Source of the DNA: Chrysomallon squamiferum | Taxonomy: Eukaryota; Animalia; Mollusca | DNA: 64,000 bases | NCBI GenBank assembly: GCA_012295275.1 | Contig: CM022674.1 | Location: forward strand, 13,020,001-13,084,000 | Direction: 5' to 3' | In this document: positions 12,438-26,310 of the stretch, in pieces | How positions within the stretch are numbered: the stretch's first letter is position 1 | How the letters are laid out: the number at the start of each line of letters is the position of its first letter | Translations under genes and position numbers: made by a program | Notes under the pieces: generated by a model | Seen by the model: the letters and a program-made list of their open reading frames with translations, nothing else | Told to the model about the DNA's origin: nothing | Database searches by the model: none

Positions 12438-12616
12438 ACTGACAAAGAACAGTCAGACAGACACGATGTGACACTATTCTTCTTCCACCATTCTGTGGAC
12501 GAGGCTAATAATTTACGACAAAAGAAACGCACAGGTGCTGATGTTGATGGAGACGTACCTCTGGACGTTCTAATCAAACGCCAAACGCAGACGTTGGCGT
12601 TGTTTGTTTGCGCCAC
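12438..12616 (+). other. Candidate internal exon, unknown gene
   Basis: Long pyrimidine tract then CACAG acceptor, 179 nt open in one frame (TDKEQSDRHDV...LALFVCA), GTAAGC donor. Peptide not recognised and no partner exons established. Confidence 0.2.
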
Positions 12617-13080
12617 GTAAGCGGTCATCCATCAGACCGGGTGATTAGCTGTTCAAGTGGTCACTTTGTGTTCCGACGTCATTCTGACGTTTCATCAAAC
12701 AGACATGCATCGTGGTCATTCGTCAAACACGTCAAAATTTACATGTATTCTGCGGACCCGCCGGACAGTGATCGGTCTACAACTAGAGTTATCTCTTGTA
12801 CCTTGAGAAAATACCGTCAAGGACGCAAAGAACCCACAAGTACCAGTCAGTCGTCTCTCTTCATGCTACAAACGAAACAATTTGGCTTCAAACGTATCGG
12901 ATATTTCGCCGAAATGTTCAAATTTTAATTAATGTTTCGTTAACGGTGTCATGCCCCTTCGAGGAAATTGCAAACTCGAACTTTTGGTCCGTCACGCTGG
13001 GCGGAGTCCGTTAAGGCAAAGAGTGGGTGGGTGAAAAATAACTGAAGGCGTTTAAGTATGTGATCTATAAGGGTGTTAAT

Positions 13081-13217
<137 letters not shown>

Positions 13218-14468
13218 GGTTATAATTTATTGTTATCAAAGGTTTGTTACTAAAACAAATTATCATCAAAGTGTAGTCTTACAGAAACAATCACGTGACT
13301 ATAAGTACATAATATTAGTTTTACCATGACGGGGATTACTTGTTCATGTATTTATTTATTTCCCATGCACTGACTCAAGGTATTGTACATCAATCATGTC
13401 TTACAACTAATTCATACAACGCTTCCCACGACATCAGCAGTGTATCTGATACATCATCATACGACACGACACTAAAACTCATTTAACTAATATTTCCCTT
13501 CGTTCTGTTTCTTTTATATGAAATCAAAAATAATTTTTTTTTTTTTTTTTTTTTTTTTAAATAATCGAATATTTAACACCTCTTCTACCTTCGTAAATTT
13601 TTGAGCAGCTAAAAATTAGATTTTTATAGAATGATGGAGGCTAAGATATAAAACCTAAAGTCGCCTCTCAATGATCTGTTCTTTCCGATTAGCAACTAGC
13701 AATCTTTTTGTGTACCTTCCCAGAAACATGAACATCATAACAATGACAAATCAACCTATTTTAATACAGAAGGCTATTAGCTGTCAAATACTGAGAGGGA
13801 ACTTGTAGCTACCTCTCCAGAAGTTGTTGTTAACAGCTAGCAGCAAGGAATCTTCTTGGATTTTTTTCATTCTAGATTTTTTTTTTTTTTTTTTTTTCCC
13901 GCGATGACTCGAAGCTCCGATAGAATAGCTGTCAGAAAATACACGTACCTGTGAGAAATGGAAGCCCTTCAGTGTTGTGTAACAAGAATGAAAATGTGTG
14001 CAGTGCAAAAACATCCCCGGGGAAGTTACGTAACTTTTGACGAATCACCCGCGGTGCCGTGGGAGAGTTATCTGACATTAGAGTGATGTCCCTTGGTGAC
14101 ACGACTCGTAATGACATCCTACAGAAACACAGAGCCAATTACTGAGCGTTGTAAATCTTCTTTGCATAATCTTTTATCATAAGCGAAAAATAATAAAAAT
14201 ATAATTTGTCTCGTGCCCAAGAGCAGGTTCGATTTCGAACTTCAATTTCACTCGTAGAAGATTAAAACGAAGATTATCGTCGCTCTACGTGTTTCCGAGC
14301 AGTCGCTGAATCCTGTTTCGTTTACCGTCAAAGATAAACTAATTTAGCGGATATTTCAGAGAAGCATTACATAAAGCAATTCATTCGATACGATGATCTG
14401 TTTCAAAAAGTTGGCTTACTAAGTATTCACTTTATTATGTAAAGATACACACTTTATGAAAGAGAGAA

Positions 14469-14557
<89 letters not shown>

Positions 14558-14738
14558 TAATCAAATAAGAAATTAATCTGAATCGACGGACTGAATGAAT
14601 TCTGAATTATTATTGTTGTTGTTGTTGTCGTAGCCATCGTTGTTGTTATCGTTGTTGATGTTGTTGATATTATTATTATTATTGTCGTTTTTTTGTTATT
14701 GTTATTATTATTACTATTGTTATTATTATTACTATTAC

Positions 14739-14783
<45 letters not shown>

Positions 14784-16176
14784 CATCATCATCGTCATTA
14801 TTGTTATTATTAAACTGTGTTAATATTGTTGTTGTCGTTAGTGTTGTTGCTGTCGCTATGGTTGTCATAGTCTTGACACTGATGGTCATGTTTCATCTAC
14901 GAATGTTACATTAAAAGCCATACATAACATACATGTTTTCCTGCCTGTATAAGACAACGTGTACAAGAAAGCAGGTTGTTATTGTATAAAACTGAGGGCT
15001 TCAACAAATATCCAGAAGCCATTGACACAGCATTAATCAATATGTCATAGATAACGGTATGAAACAACGACTTTTATGTTGTTGCTGCTGTTGTTGAGGT
15101 TGTCATTGACGTTAATATTTTTCATGTATTTATTTTATTTTATTTTATTTTATTCATTTATTTATTTGTTTCTTTCTTTATTATTATTATTATTATTATT
15201 ATTATTTTACAGTTATTCCACATTTATTATTATTTTTTTAACATTATGATGTTTAGCATTCAGGTTTTAGTATGTATTTACTTGTTTATTCATTTCTACT
15301 TTGCTTTGACTTCTTCAGTAGCGTTTCAGAAATTATACGCTCAACATGAAAGCTTAAACAGATCATAGATTCGACAAAGTTTCATTATTACAGTCGACAA
15401 AATAACTTCTATTTATATATGCAGTTACATCATGTCGATCTTAGACAAGCAGCAATTTAAATAACAAACAGGCAGCCCATTTACGATAGTCGTAAAATCG
15501 TAATGATATAAATATTATGACTGGAGCAAAACAACCTGCTTTCTGTTGTCGTAAAATTACGTAAGTGAGACATTATAACCTTTTTTCGACCGTGTCGCAG
15601 TTTCGTATGGGAGTTAACTAACCGCGTTTTCGGTTGTCGTAAAGTTATGTGTGAACGGTGAAGCGAACCCGTTTCTGGCTGTCATCGGGTTACGTCATAT
15701 TACGTCACGACGATACCTCATAATTCTTAGCTAGCAGGTTTTTAATCTCTTTCGTTCAGAAGGTGTCATTTTTCAATGATTAGCGGATTTACTGACCTGC
15801 CATATGTGACAGTCACTAGTGACTCGGTATGACGTCACTTTCAGAGTGTAGACAGACACATGTGAAAAATGTCAGGGTTTGCCCATCAATAGGTGTGGCC
15901 CCGTTATGAGACGGGAAACAGGTTTTAAATGTTCATGTCGTTGTTGTTTGTAAACTGGAAATGTTGGTCTAGTTTTATTGTTCTTGGTGATGGTGATGAT
16001 GACGATGATGATGTTTGTATTAATGTTATTATGAACTAATATGTTCACGCTCATATAGAAAGAAAGAGAGAGGAAGAAACAGAAGGACAGAGATGAATGA
16101 GAGAAAACGAGAGAGAGAGAGAGAGAGATAAAAGACAGACATAGAAAGATTTTTTTGTCTGCAATACAACAGAGAT

Positions 16177-16274
<98 letters not shown>

Positions 16275-16974
16275 AAAGAGCTTCAGCGACAGACAAAGAT
16301 TGAAATATAAGTCAGTACCAGGAACCGATCCATCATACCCTTCCTTCACCACTCCTCACGTCAAACCCACAACAACATCACAACAGTTTCATTATTTCAG
16401 TTCCCGACCCGACCTAGATAGAAAGATTCATCTATTCTGTTGTTTGTTGTTTTACCAATACACAAAACATTCAGAGTCTAGCCTGGGGCTAGTGACAAAC
16501 TCATTTCCAGGATCGGCAATCGTTTGTCAAAAAAAAAAAAAAAAGAAGCGAAGCATCAACAAAATAATACCCCACTTTGAAAATTCCTCGTCCGTGACTG
16601 CGCATGTCAGTGATAAATTTGAACTTAGCGAAACGGAAATACCGCGAGAGTTGGCGAGATGAAGTCACGGCATTGTGTAAACCAATAATGGTTTCTACGT
16701 GCCGCTACACATTTACACTTCAGCTCGGAATACAACAATTAATAAAACAGGACCGTTTCTGCTGGTTCTAACAGAGGGGAGGGGCGGTTCTCACTTCCTA
16801 CCACCTCCCTAGGGAATAAAGCCCCCCGGGGAAGGTTGCTCAGGAGCGTTTAACACGTGTACGAGAACTTACGTCCGCACATCCTTTCATGGAATACCCC
16901 ACGGGCGGTTCTTGGGGGTCGCGTCAAATCGTTTAACACAGTGACGAGAAGATACACGCATATTCCTTACAGAT

Positions 16975-17064
16975 GTTCTCTGTCTAACCTTACATTACCC
17001 TGTGTTTCAGTCGTAGTTCTCTGTCTAACCTTACATTACCCTGTGTTTCAGTCGTAGTTCTCTG
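16975..17064. repeat. 41-bp perfect tandem duplication
   Basis: GTTCTCTGTCTAACCTTACATTACCCTGTGTTTCAGTCGTA at 16975 and 17016, partial third copy at 17057. Confidence 0.95.
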
Positions 17065-17247
17065 GCAGATCCTAAATGTATAACACAGAGGTGTATGAGA
17101 TATTTTTAACACAGATGTTACGTGTTTAATTGTCACCTGTCAGAAAACCGCGGCCTCCGTTTTAAAAGTAGAACTGCTGTTGTGTACGTCTCAAAACAAT
17201 TTCAGTTTGACAGCTTAACAAGGGTTGTAAATGTGGTCATGGTTTAT

Positions 17248-17278
<31 letters not shown>

Positions 17279-18331
17279 CCGTAATGGTCCCGAGGTTCAA
17301 AGCTAGTAGTTTTATTAATTTATTTCTGTTTGGAGATATCTTTAAAAAAAAAAACTTTTTGTCGTACGTGAGTGATATTATTATTATTATTATTATTATT
17401 GTTGTTGTTGTTGTTGTTGTTGTTTCTGAGCTTCTTGTTGTTGTTGTTATTATTTACTGAGATATACAAGAAGTGGAATCTAGAGCTTATCAATCGTTAT
17501 CCACGTTATTCACCTTTCTTAATATCTGTTAATGAAAAATACTGCGATTTGAACCGATAACAAGCCAGTCTGAAATTGTGCTAGGACTTGGATAGAAGAT
17601 TTTTCTATATCATGTATTAAAAATATTTTCGGAGCTCTTGTTATAACGGGATATAACTGCGTCTCTCTCTCTCTCTCTCTGCGGTAATTGCGCTGACGTC
17701 TTCACGCCTCGTTATAACGTCACACGCACTCACTGAACTTGCAAATCATTGAAATATTTCTTCATCGTGCTTCGTCGTAAATAAATATTAGTATCCAACC
17801 ATTTCGAGCTTCAAAAGAAATAATCGCATTAAGGAAACCGTGTAAACGGTCCGGTCAAAGCGATTTATGTATTAAAAGAAATGTCAGTTTCAATAAAACG
17901 CGACCCTGCTTGTATATATATTTCATTACCTGGTGTCGCATATCTCTCGTACATTTTCACCCCAGCGCGTGACGTTTGCTGATATGTAAATGAGATATTA
18001 ATACACACGTTTCATGGTTGCGTCCTGGGAAACGGAAATAGATGTGGTTAAGGGGTGATAATCTAGAACCAATATTTAATCCCACCTGCACGGATTAATA
18101 AAACGATTAATTAAACAGCTCTGACAGATTTAGTTCGGTGTATTGTAGATATAAATACAGAGTGTTTTCGGTGTAGACAGCTTTCACAATGCGATTTTGT
18201 AACCGGTCTTTTTTTTTCATTACGTTGTCTGTGGGGGCGAGCGTCTGTCAGTTTTCATCTTGTAAATGGCTAATTAAAAGTTGTTAGTAATACGTTGTGA
18301 CCTTAAAAGCGGAAAATTGGTAGGGTAACGC

Positions 18332-18371
<40 letters not shown>

Positions 18372-18621
18372 TATGTGTGTGGTATTGTCGCGGTTGGTAA
18401 ACGGGGCAGTGACGTCACCTAATAAAACGTAATTTAATGTCGGTCGTAATAGTGTTTATGAGCGTGTATGAGTACGTGTGTGTGTGTGTGTGTCTGTGTG
18501 CGTGCGGGTGTAAGTAATGCAACTATTCATAGTCTCAATAATAATAATATTGATATGATAATGATAATAATATTAATGTTAATAATAATGATGACAAAAG
18601 TAACAATCATTATTTTAGTAG

Positions 18622-18652
<31 letters not shown>

Positions 18653-18969
18653 AGCTGTTATTATTCATTATATTTTTGAAATTTTACAAATGACATCGCC
18701 TCCTCTATAAAAATAAAAATAGCATTTTAACAATATTAACACTTTTAATACTTTGGACAAGCACATCTAAATGTTCAACTGTACTCAAATATTTTCTCAA
18801 ATCCCAGAGATCAACCACATAAAAATGTTTAAACTTCGGAAATCCTAAAGGGATGTAATAAAACTGTATTAATCCAGCAGTAAATCTCAATTACTATTAA
18901 TTATCATCACAAAACAATCGAAATTTAATTATCTTAAGTGATACAGCTAATGTAGTACTCAATTAAAAA

Positions 18970-19037
18970 GGGGGGCGGTCTGCGTGCGGGGGGGGGACAA
19001 GATTTCCTGTTATTTCCTGTGTCTGACGTCACGTGAA
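18970..19037 (+). promoter_or_regulatory. Motif cluster upstream of tRNA copy 7 (GC-box, two TTTCCTGT, CRE overlapping E-box)
   Basis: GGGGGCGG near 18971, TTTCCTGT twice within 19003-19020, TGACGTCACGTGA at 19024-19036. Confidence 0.45.
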
Positions 19038-19120
19038 CTGTACTTTAACTCGTGAACATCAAGGAACATTAAGAATCATTGTTTTTAATTACTAGTTTAA
19101 TTTATACGTTATTTATACAT

Positions 19121-19209
19121 CTCGCGATAGCTCAGTTGGTAGAGCGGAGGACTGTAGAGGTTTATACAAAGCTATCCTTAGGTCACTGGTTCGAATCCGG
19201 TTCGCGAGA
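19121..19209 (+). tRNA. trnY: tRNA-Tyr(GTA) isodecoder, intron-containing (copy 7)
   Basis: Acceptor CTCGCGA/TCGCGAG is fully Watson-Crick; remainder identical to copy 1; T-run downstream. Confidence 0.97.
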
Positions 19210-19249
19210 CAGTAATATTTTTTTGTTTTGTTGTTTTTTTTGGATTTAA

Positions 19250-19289
<40 letters not shown>

Positions 19290-19338
19290 CTTCTGTTATT
19301 ATTATTATTATTATTATTATAACGAACAACTTATACAA

Positions 19339-19390
19339 AGGTTGATACAAAGCTATCCTTAGCTCACTGGTTCGAATCCGGTTCGCGAGA
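19339..19390 (+). pseudogene. tRNA-Tyr 3' fragment (intron + 3' exon only)
   Basis: AGGTTGATACAAAGCT ATCCTTAGCTCACTGGTTCGAATCCGGTTCGCGAGA; no 5' exon or A-box. Carries the copy-7 3' end and a repeat of copy 7's downstream flank, so it is a local tandem duplication. Confidence 0.92.
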
Positions 19391-19607
19391 AAGTAATGTT
19401 TTTTGTTGTTGTTTTTTTGGATTTAATTTAATATATATATATATATATATATTATCTTCTGTTGCTATTATTATTATTATTATTATAACGAACAACTTTT
19501 GTTGTATATTAATGTATATTTTTTCGTTAGAATCCTAATGGAAACAGACATCAAATGTTTCGTTTTTTTTCATATTTTGGGAATTGTTGTTGTTTTCTTT
19601 TTATGAT

Positions 19608-19638
<31 letters not shown>

Positions 19639-21199
19639 TTTGTTTATTTTTTTATTATTATTATTATTATTTTTTTTTTTTTTTTTTTTTTTTTTTTATT
19701 TTATTTATTTTTTTTTTTTTTTATTATTATTATTTTTTTTTATTTATGTGTTTGTCATATACTTAATTATTATCTTTCTTCTAAAGTTATCGATGCAACT
19801 TTTCGGTCAGTAGTAACATAAAAAAATATATTTGTGTTTTCTTTGGGCAATATACGCGGGAAAATGCGAACTGACGTCTGCCTTTCTTCATTAGACCGCA
19901 CGTGCAAGCAGAAATACTTTTCAGTAGCTGTAAACATCGTTAGCGTTGACGTTCGCAAAATGCAGAAATACCAAGAATGTTTTTGTTGTTGACGGAAATA
20001 GGGGAAACACGATTATTTATTTATTTGTTTTGTTGTTGATGTTGCTATGGGAAATATTTATGTTTATTAGAAAAGTAACGAAATGACGTCAGGAAAGCTT
20101 CATGTCAAATAAGCGAAAACACGGTACAAAGGAAAAAAAATATATTCATTTGCAATGAAAACATTCTCTTATCAATATATCAGGAGTTTTTTTTCTCTCT
20201 CTTATTGTTTTTTGTTTATTTATACAACACACCCAATTTCATTGCATGTTTTTGTTGTAAAAAGAGCATAGGTATTCTCATATATATTTACTCTTTTTAA
20301 TTAAAAACACGTGCATAACAATAACTGTTATTATATTGGCTTGCTACTGGGGTTTTTTTTTTTTTCTGTTATTAGCAGAAAGGAATATTTTGTGCATACC
20401 TTCCCATAGACAGTAAAGAACGTTCCAAAAAAGCCTTTGTTAAATGAGTGACGGCATTGATTAAAACGGGAAAAAAGCGAGTGAAACATCTGAATGTTTT
20501 AACACTCCACATCATGTGTTATACGTATTCAGTTCTCTCTGTCTTTCAGCTGTGTGTGCATGCATTTCAGTGTCAGTTAACATCTGATGCTGGCGCGCGG
20601 TTCTTTCATTCAGTGAAAGTAATTGCATTACGGAGGGCCATCTGGGACACGATCACGCCGCAGATTACGCAGTGTTATCGGATTGTGTTGCGTGCGTTTT
20701 AAACGTAACAAGTGAACCGACGCGCCGATGTAGCGACAGTTTGACGATTTGATGAATCTAGGATGTGAAAGTGACTCCATCGGGATTCCGTAGTTCCTCG
20801 TGACACGGTAGTCACACGCTTTTCTTTTAGGATTTCATGTTACACAATAGCTGTCCCCAGATGTTTCGTAGTCATATAATATATATGTGTTTTATGTTTT
20901 ATTCATGCTAGGCTGTGTCATTCTTTCATTCGTTCACTCACTCTTTTTTTTTTTATATATATTCACATTCATATTAATTATTTATTAAGATAGAGTAATA
21001 GTAAATGCAGCAACAACGACATAATAATTACAACAACAACAACAACAATATCAATAACAAACCACAATCACTAATATACATATAAAAAAAAATAATCAAT
21101 AATTCATAAACAGTTATACTATAACACGCAATAATGTTTAAATAAATAAATAAAAAGTGATAACAAATTAATATTTTTAATACATTAAAAATTACATAT

Positions 21200-21288
21200 T
21201 CCCGTGAACCGGATTTGAACCAGTGACCTAAGGATAGCTTTGTATGAACCTCTACAGTCCTCCGCTCTACCAACTGAGCTATCACGGG
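21200..21288 (-). tRNA. trnY: tRNA-Tyr(GTA) isodecoder, intron-containing (copy 8)
   Basis: Reverse complement: acceptor CCCGTGA/TCACGGG (all Watson-Crick), intron AGGTTCATACAAAGCT, T-loop TTCAAAT (purine 57 = A, allowed). Confidence 0.96.
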
Positions 21289-21372
21289 ATGATATATTAC
21301 ATCCAAATTAAACCAGAAATAAAAATAGTTTTCATGCTTCAGTCACTTTCTCACCAGAGGGAGTTATTATAA

Positions 21373-21387
21373 GTCACGTGACGCAAT
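21373..21387 (-). promoter_or_regulatory. Candidate composite C/EBP-ATF + E-box element upstream of tRNA copy 8
   Basis: Reverse complement ATTGCGTCACGTGAC at -99..-85; second TCACGTGA at 21408-21415. Confidence 0.5.
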
Positions 21388-21477
21388 GAAATGAAGTCCT
21401 AAAAAGGTCACGTGATGGCACAGACTAAGCTAAAGATAACGACGGTCTGGGGCAAAAGTTCAATTTAATCTTTTACA

Positions 21478-21898
21478 GCTTTGTAGAAGAATATCAGAAA
21501 CACTGAATAAACCAAAACGATACATTCTAGTACAGAAGAAATAGCTAGAGCAGAGTATTTAATTTCCCGTTCTAAAAAAGTGCTCTAACAGATGTGTAAC
21601 AATCGTTATTATATGTTGTTTTCTAATTCTTGCTTTGTAGAAGAATATCAGAAACACTGAATAAACCAAAACGATACATTCTAGTACAGAAGAAATAGCT
21701 AGAGCAGAGTATTTAATTTCCCGTTCTAAAAAAGTGCTCTAACAGATGTGTAACAATCGTTATGATATGTTGTTTTCTAATTCTTGCTTTGTAGAAGAAT
21801 ATCAGAAACACTGAATAAAGCAAAACGATACATTCTAGTACAGAAGTAATAGCTAGAGCAGAGTATTTAATTTCCCGTTCTAAAAAGTGCTCTAACAG
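21478..21898. repeat. 154-bp tandem repeat, about 2.7 near-identical copies
   Basis: Unit starts GCTTTGTAGAAGAATATCAG at 21478, 21632 and 21786. Confidence 0.95.
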
Positions 21899-22008
21899 TT
21901 ATTACTTATGATAAACAAAAACTGTTAAAAACAAGTAATATCTTTGAAATTCACCTTACAAAACAGTCTTGTTTTGATCAATTATTATTATTCTTGTTGT
22001 TGTTGTTG

Positions 22009-22085
<77 letters not shown>

Positions 22086-22992
22086 TTAGTTTGAAGCGTG
22101 GATGTGTAACCGTTCATTTAAAAAAATTACGTTTCACAAAGTCGTTCCGTTTAATCGCGCCTATAGTTTCAGATATTTTTTTTTTTATTCATTAACCAGA
22201 ACTCGCACATCCACACAATCGTCCCGTTGAATCGCGCCTTAACTCTCTTATTTATGCGTGATATGGATTCATTAAAAAGCGTCTGATCATTGTTGCTATT
22301 GGTAATAACCGAATCGTTGGCTACAATCAGTTTTATGTGACTTGGGTCCGATAAACTATGTCTGTCTGTCCGTTATTATGTGGGGACAGCATAAAAAATC
22401 ATAAACACAGAATATAACAATAATTTATTCAGCGGAATTCTTTGCCGGTTTTTACGTGGTACTTATAAAGTGGAGTTTCTGTTAATGGCATTCGACTGCC
22501 AGGAATAATTATCAGGATGACCGCCAGGAGTTCGCGAGAGTGAATATTTATTTATTTATTTATTTATTTAATTGTTATTTATTTATTTATTTATTTGTTA
22601 TTTATTTACGTATTTATTTATTTATTTATTTATTTATTATTTCATTATTTGTTTACAATTGCATGTTCTTATTTATTTATTTATGTATTTACTTATTTAC
22701 TTATTTATTTACTATTGCATGTTCTTATTTATTTGTTTGTTGTTTATTTAATTATTCATTTTAATTTAATTTTTATTTTTATTTTTTACTACTACTACGA
22801 CTACTTCTATTTCTACTACTAATTTAATTATTTACTTATTTACTATTGTTTATTTACTAATTAATTAATTATTTACATACTTATTTCGCTAGTGTTGCTG
22901 AACCTTACATATCAACTTTATATAAATATATATTAATTAAGGCCTGTTTATTCTTTTCTTCCTCTTTTTATTTATTTATTCATTTATTTATT

Positions 22993-23008
22993 TATTATTA
23001 TTATTATT

Positions 23009-23043
<35 letters not shown>

Positions 23044-23044
23044 T

Positions 23045-23136
<92 letters not shown>
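22993..23136. repeat. (ATT)n-(CAT)n-(ATT)n microsatellite
   Basis: Directly visible. Confidence 0.95.
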
Positions 23137-23137
<1 letters not shown>

Positions 23138-24693
23138 TTCTGTTTTATTTTCTCAATATTTGACATAGATTTTATTTCTTTTTTTCTTTCTTTTTCTTTT
23201 TTTTTCTGGTAAAAATAACATTTTTCTTATATTTGCATATAAAGCGTTTATTTCACCTCTATAATAAAACTGTGATAGTTCACCGTGAAACTGCAGATAG
23301 ATTTCATCAACGTGATAACAAGTAAATGTATATTTCCGCTTACAAAACACTAAAATGCATTAAACTTTCAAAACAAATTATTTACATTCTGTTAAGTGTA
23401 AACAATAATTTATTTGGCGAACATTATGTCGGTAGTGTTTGATTTCTGTGTCTCTGTCTGTGTGTCTGTCTGTCTGTTTGCGGGTTGTCGTGTTGACTGG
23501 TTGGTATTGTCATTCTCTTTCGGGGTGCGGGCGAATGGGTGTCATACGTTCGAGTCTCGTCAGCGGCATCTGACGGGTTTGTGAAGTCGTGATTGGACTT
23601 TGTTCTCCTGCGTCAGTGCATTCCCGAATATTGTCTACTTACATACATACATACATACAAACACACATATACACACACACACACACATATATATACATAT
23701 ACACATACATACATACATACATACATACATTTATGCATACATAGATGTATGACATATACACAAACATACAAACAAAACTATTAAACCGACAGACTTTTTT
23801 TTTTTTTTTTTTTTTTTTTATTATTATTATTTTTTAATATTTAAATATTTCTCCCGGTCATTTTCTTTATTTATTTTTCTTTATATATCGCTTTCCTTTC
23901 ATTCCACTATTTTGCTATCGATCATAACATTAGTAAAACTTTCACAAAGAGATTTAAAAAAAAAAAAAAAAAAATCTGGACATTGTTGACGGATTTTGTA
24001 AAGGTGTTAACATCTTTGTATATTACATTCATCTCTTCGTGGGCTGTTATGCACAGATGCTGCTTGTCGATTTCTAAACGACATCAATCTTATTTCAAAC
24101 CTGTTAAACGCTGGTAACATTTCTTTGAAGCCGCTAAGTGTTTTACTCCCCATTTCAAAAGATTCAGTTATAGAACGAACGGGTACGATGCGTAAATTAT
24201 TCCCAACACAACGAAACGAATTTAGGTTTGTTTGTGTTTTTATTGAACGTAGCATAATGCTGGTGCGTCCGTGTGCAATGGCGCGGCTTGGCACGTGCGG
24301 CAGCTTGGCCGCTAGATGTCGCGTTATCCGTAAAGCCTCGGGACATTTCGTATTTAATGAAAATGGATTAGGAATCCATTGCGATATGAATGCACGTGCT
24401 TGAAAGTCGCTTTCGGTTAAATGCGACATGTTCAATCAGTGAGTAAACAAAGAAATAATGAAAGATGACAAACTGGTGGGGGTTTTTATCATTGTTTATA
24501 GTAGTCCTGTTGATGTATGTTTGATTTTTGTGATTTAGTTATTAAAAATATTGCTTTAAATTTTTTTTTTTTATTAATGATGATGACAACAGAAAAGAAA
24601 TAAAAAGAAAAGAAATAAGTAAAAAAAAAAGAAAAAAGAGAAAAAAGAGAAAAAATTGACATTTTATCATTAATAATAATAATAATAATAATA

Positions 24694-24732
<39 letters not shown>

Positions 24733-24993
24733 GTTATCAGTTAATATTTCTTTATTATTATTTGGTATTATAATTGTTTTTTGTATTTATTTACTTATTA
24801 TTATTAGTAGTAGTAGAAGAAGTAATATACAGTTGTAATAGTAGTTGTAATAATGGCAGAAAGAAAAAAGAAGTATACATATTTATTTATTTATTATCAT
24901 TATTATTAATTATTATCATCATCCTCATCATCATTACTGTATGTGTATGATATCTGTCATTATTATTATTGTTATTATTATTACTGCTATTGC

Positions 24994-25048
<55 letters not shown>

Positions 25049-25329
25049 TTTTCTTTCATTCTTTTTTTTTCTTTGTTGTTTTTATCCATTATTTTTTATT
25101 ATTATTTCTTTTTCCTCTGATGTTTTTTTTTTTATTTCCATAAAATGACAAAAATGACAGACATAATTTAGAAGTAGGAGGTAATTTAATGATTTATTGC
25201 AATCACTTTGACAGATAATTTTTTTCTTTTTGTGGGTGTTTTTGTCAAACTGTTAATTCTAATGTGCGTTTTTCTCAGTGTGTGTCATTTTTTTTGGAAA
25301 GGTTTTGTGTGAATTATTGTTTATGTTTT

Positions 25330-25530
25330 TGTGTGTGTGTGTGTGTGTTTGTCTGTGATTGTGTCTGTGTTTGTGTCTGTGTGTGTGTATATGTGTTGTG
25401 TGTGTGTGAGTGTGTGTCTGTCTGTGTGTATGTCTGTGTTAGTGTGTGTGAGTGTGTGTCTGTCTGTGTTTGTGTGCTGATAAATGTTCATGTATAGACA
25501 AACGGACAGAGAGACAGCAGGCAGAGATTC

Positions 25531-25621
<91 letters not shown>

Positions 25622-25635
25622 GGAGAGAGAGTGGG

Positions 25636-25719
<84 letters not shown>
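25330..25719. repeat. Degenerate (GT)n then (AG)n microsatellite
   Basis: Directly visible. Confidence 0.9.
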
Positions 25720-25724
<5 letters not shown>

Positions 25725-25877
25725 CAGTAGGAAACATAGAGACCGAGACTCGGAAGATATTCTTACGTACTTCGTCTATCATTACTTTTTAATCTATAGA
25801 AATCATCATCATCATCATTATTATACACAAACTCATTCTCTTTCAAATACATATCATTACTTGAGATAGATAATTTC

Positions 25878-25908
<31 letters not shown>

Positions 25909-26254
25909 CAAATATTCTAATACACATTACAATCTCGACAGACAAATGATGTCGTGGGTTTGATTTACTTTCTAAAAAACATCACATGAAGCAATTCTCT
26001 GGTTACGTTACTGCATTCAAACTGTTCGTTTAATACGAGCGAATCCCGTTATCAGCAGAATTCATCACACAGAAATAGCCCACGTCTGTCAGATTTGCTA
26101 TTATCTACGTAACACTGAATAATAATCTGTATAAACTATTACGTCATAAACATCATCTTCTTGTTACATACTGTCAGTGATTATATCTAAGGTAAAGATT
26201 TTTTTCTTTATTAAAATATCAAAAAATAAATCCAAAATACCCCCAACACACACA

Positions 26255-26310
<56 letters not shown>

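Noticed and set aside
24007-24435. 142-aa minus-strand ORF and overlapping plus-strand ORF in unique sequence
   Set aside because: No recognisable domain, non-ATG starts and no convincing splice signals; expected by chance in a less AT-rich block.
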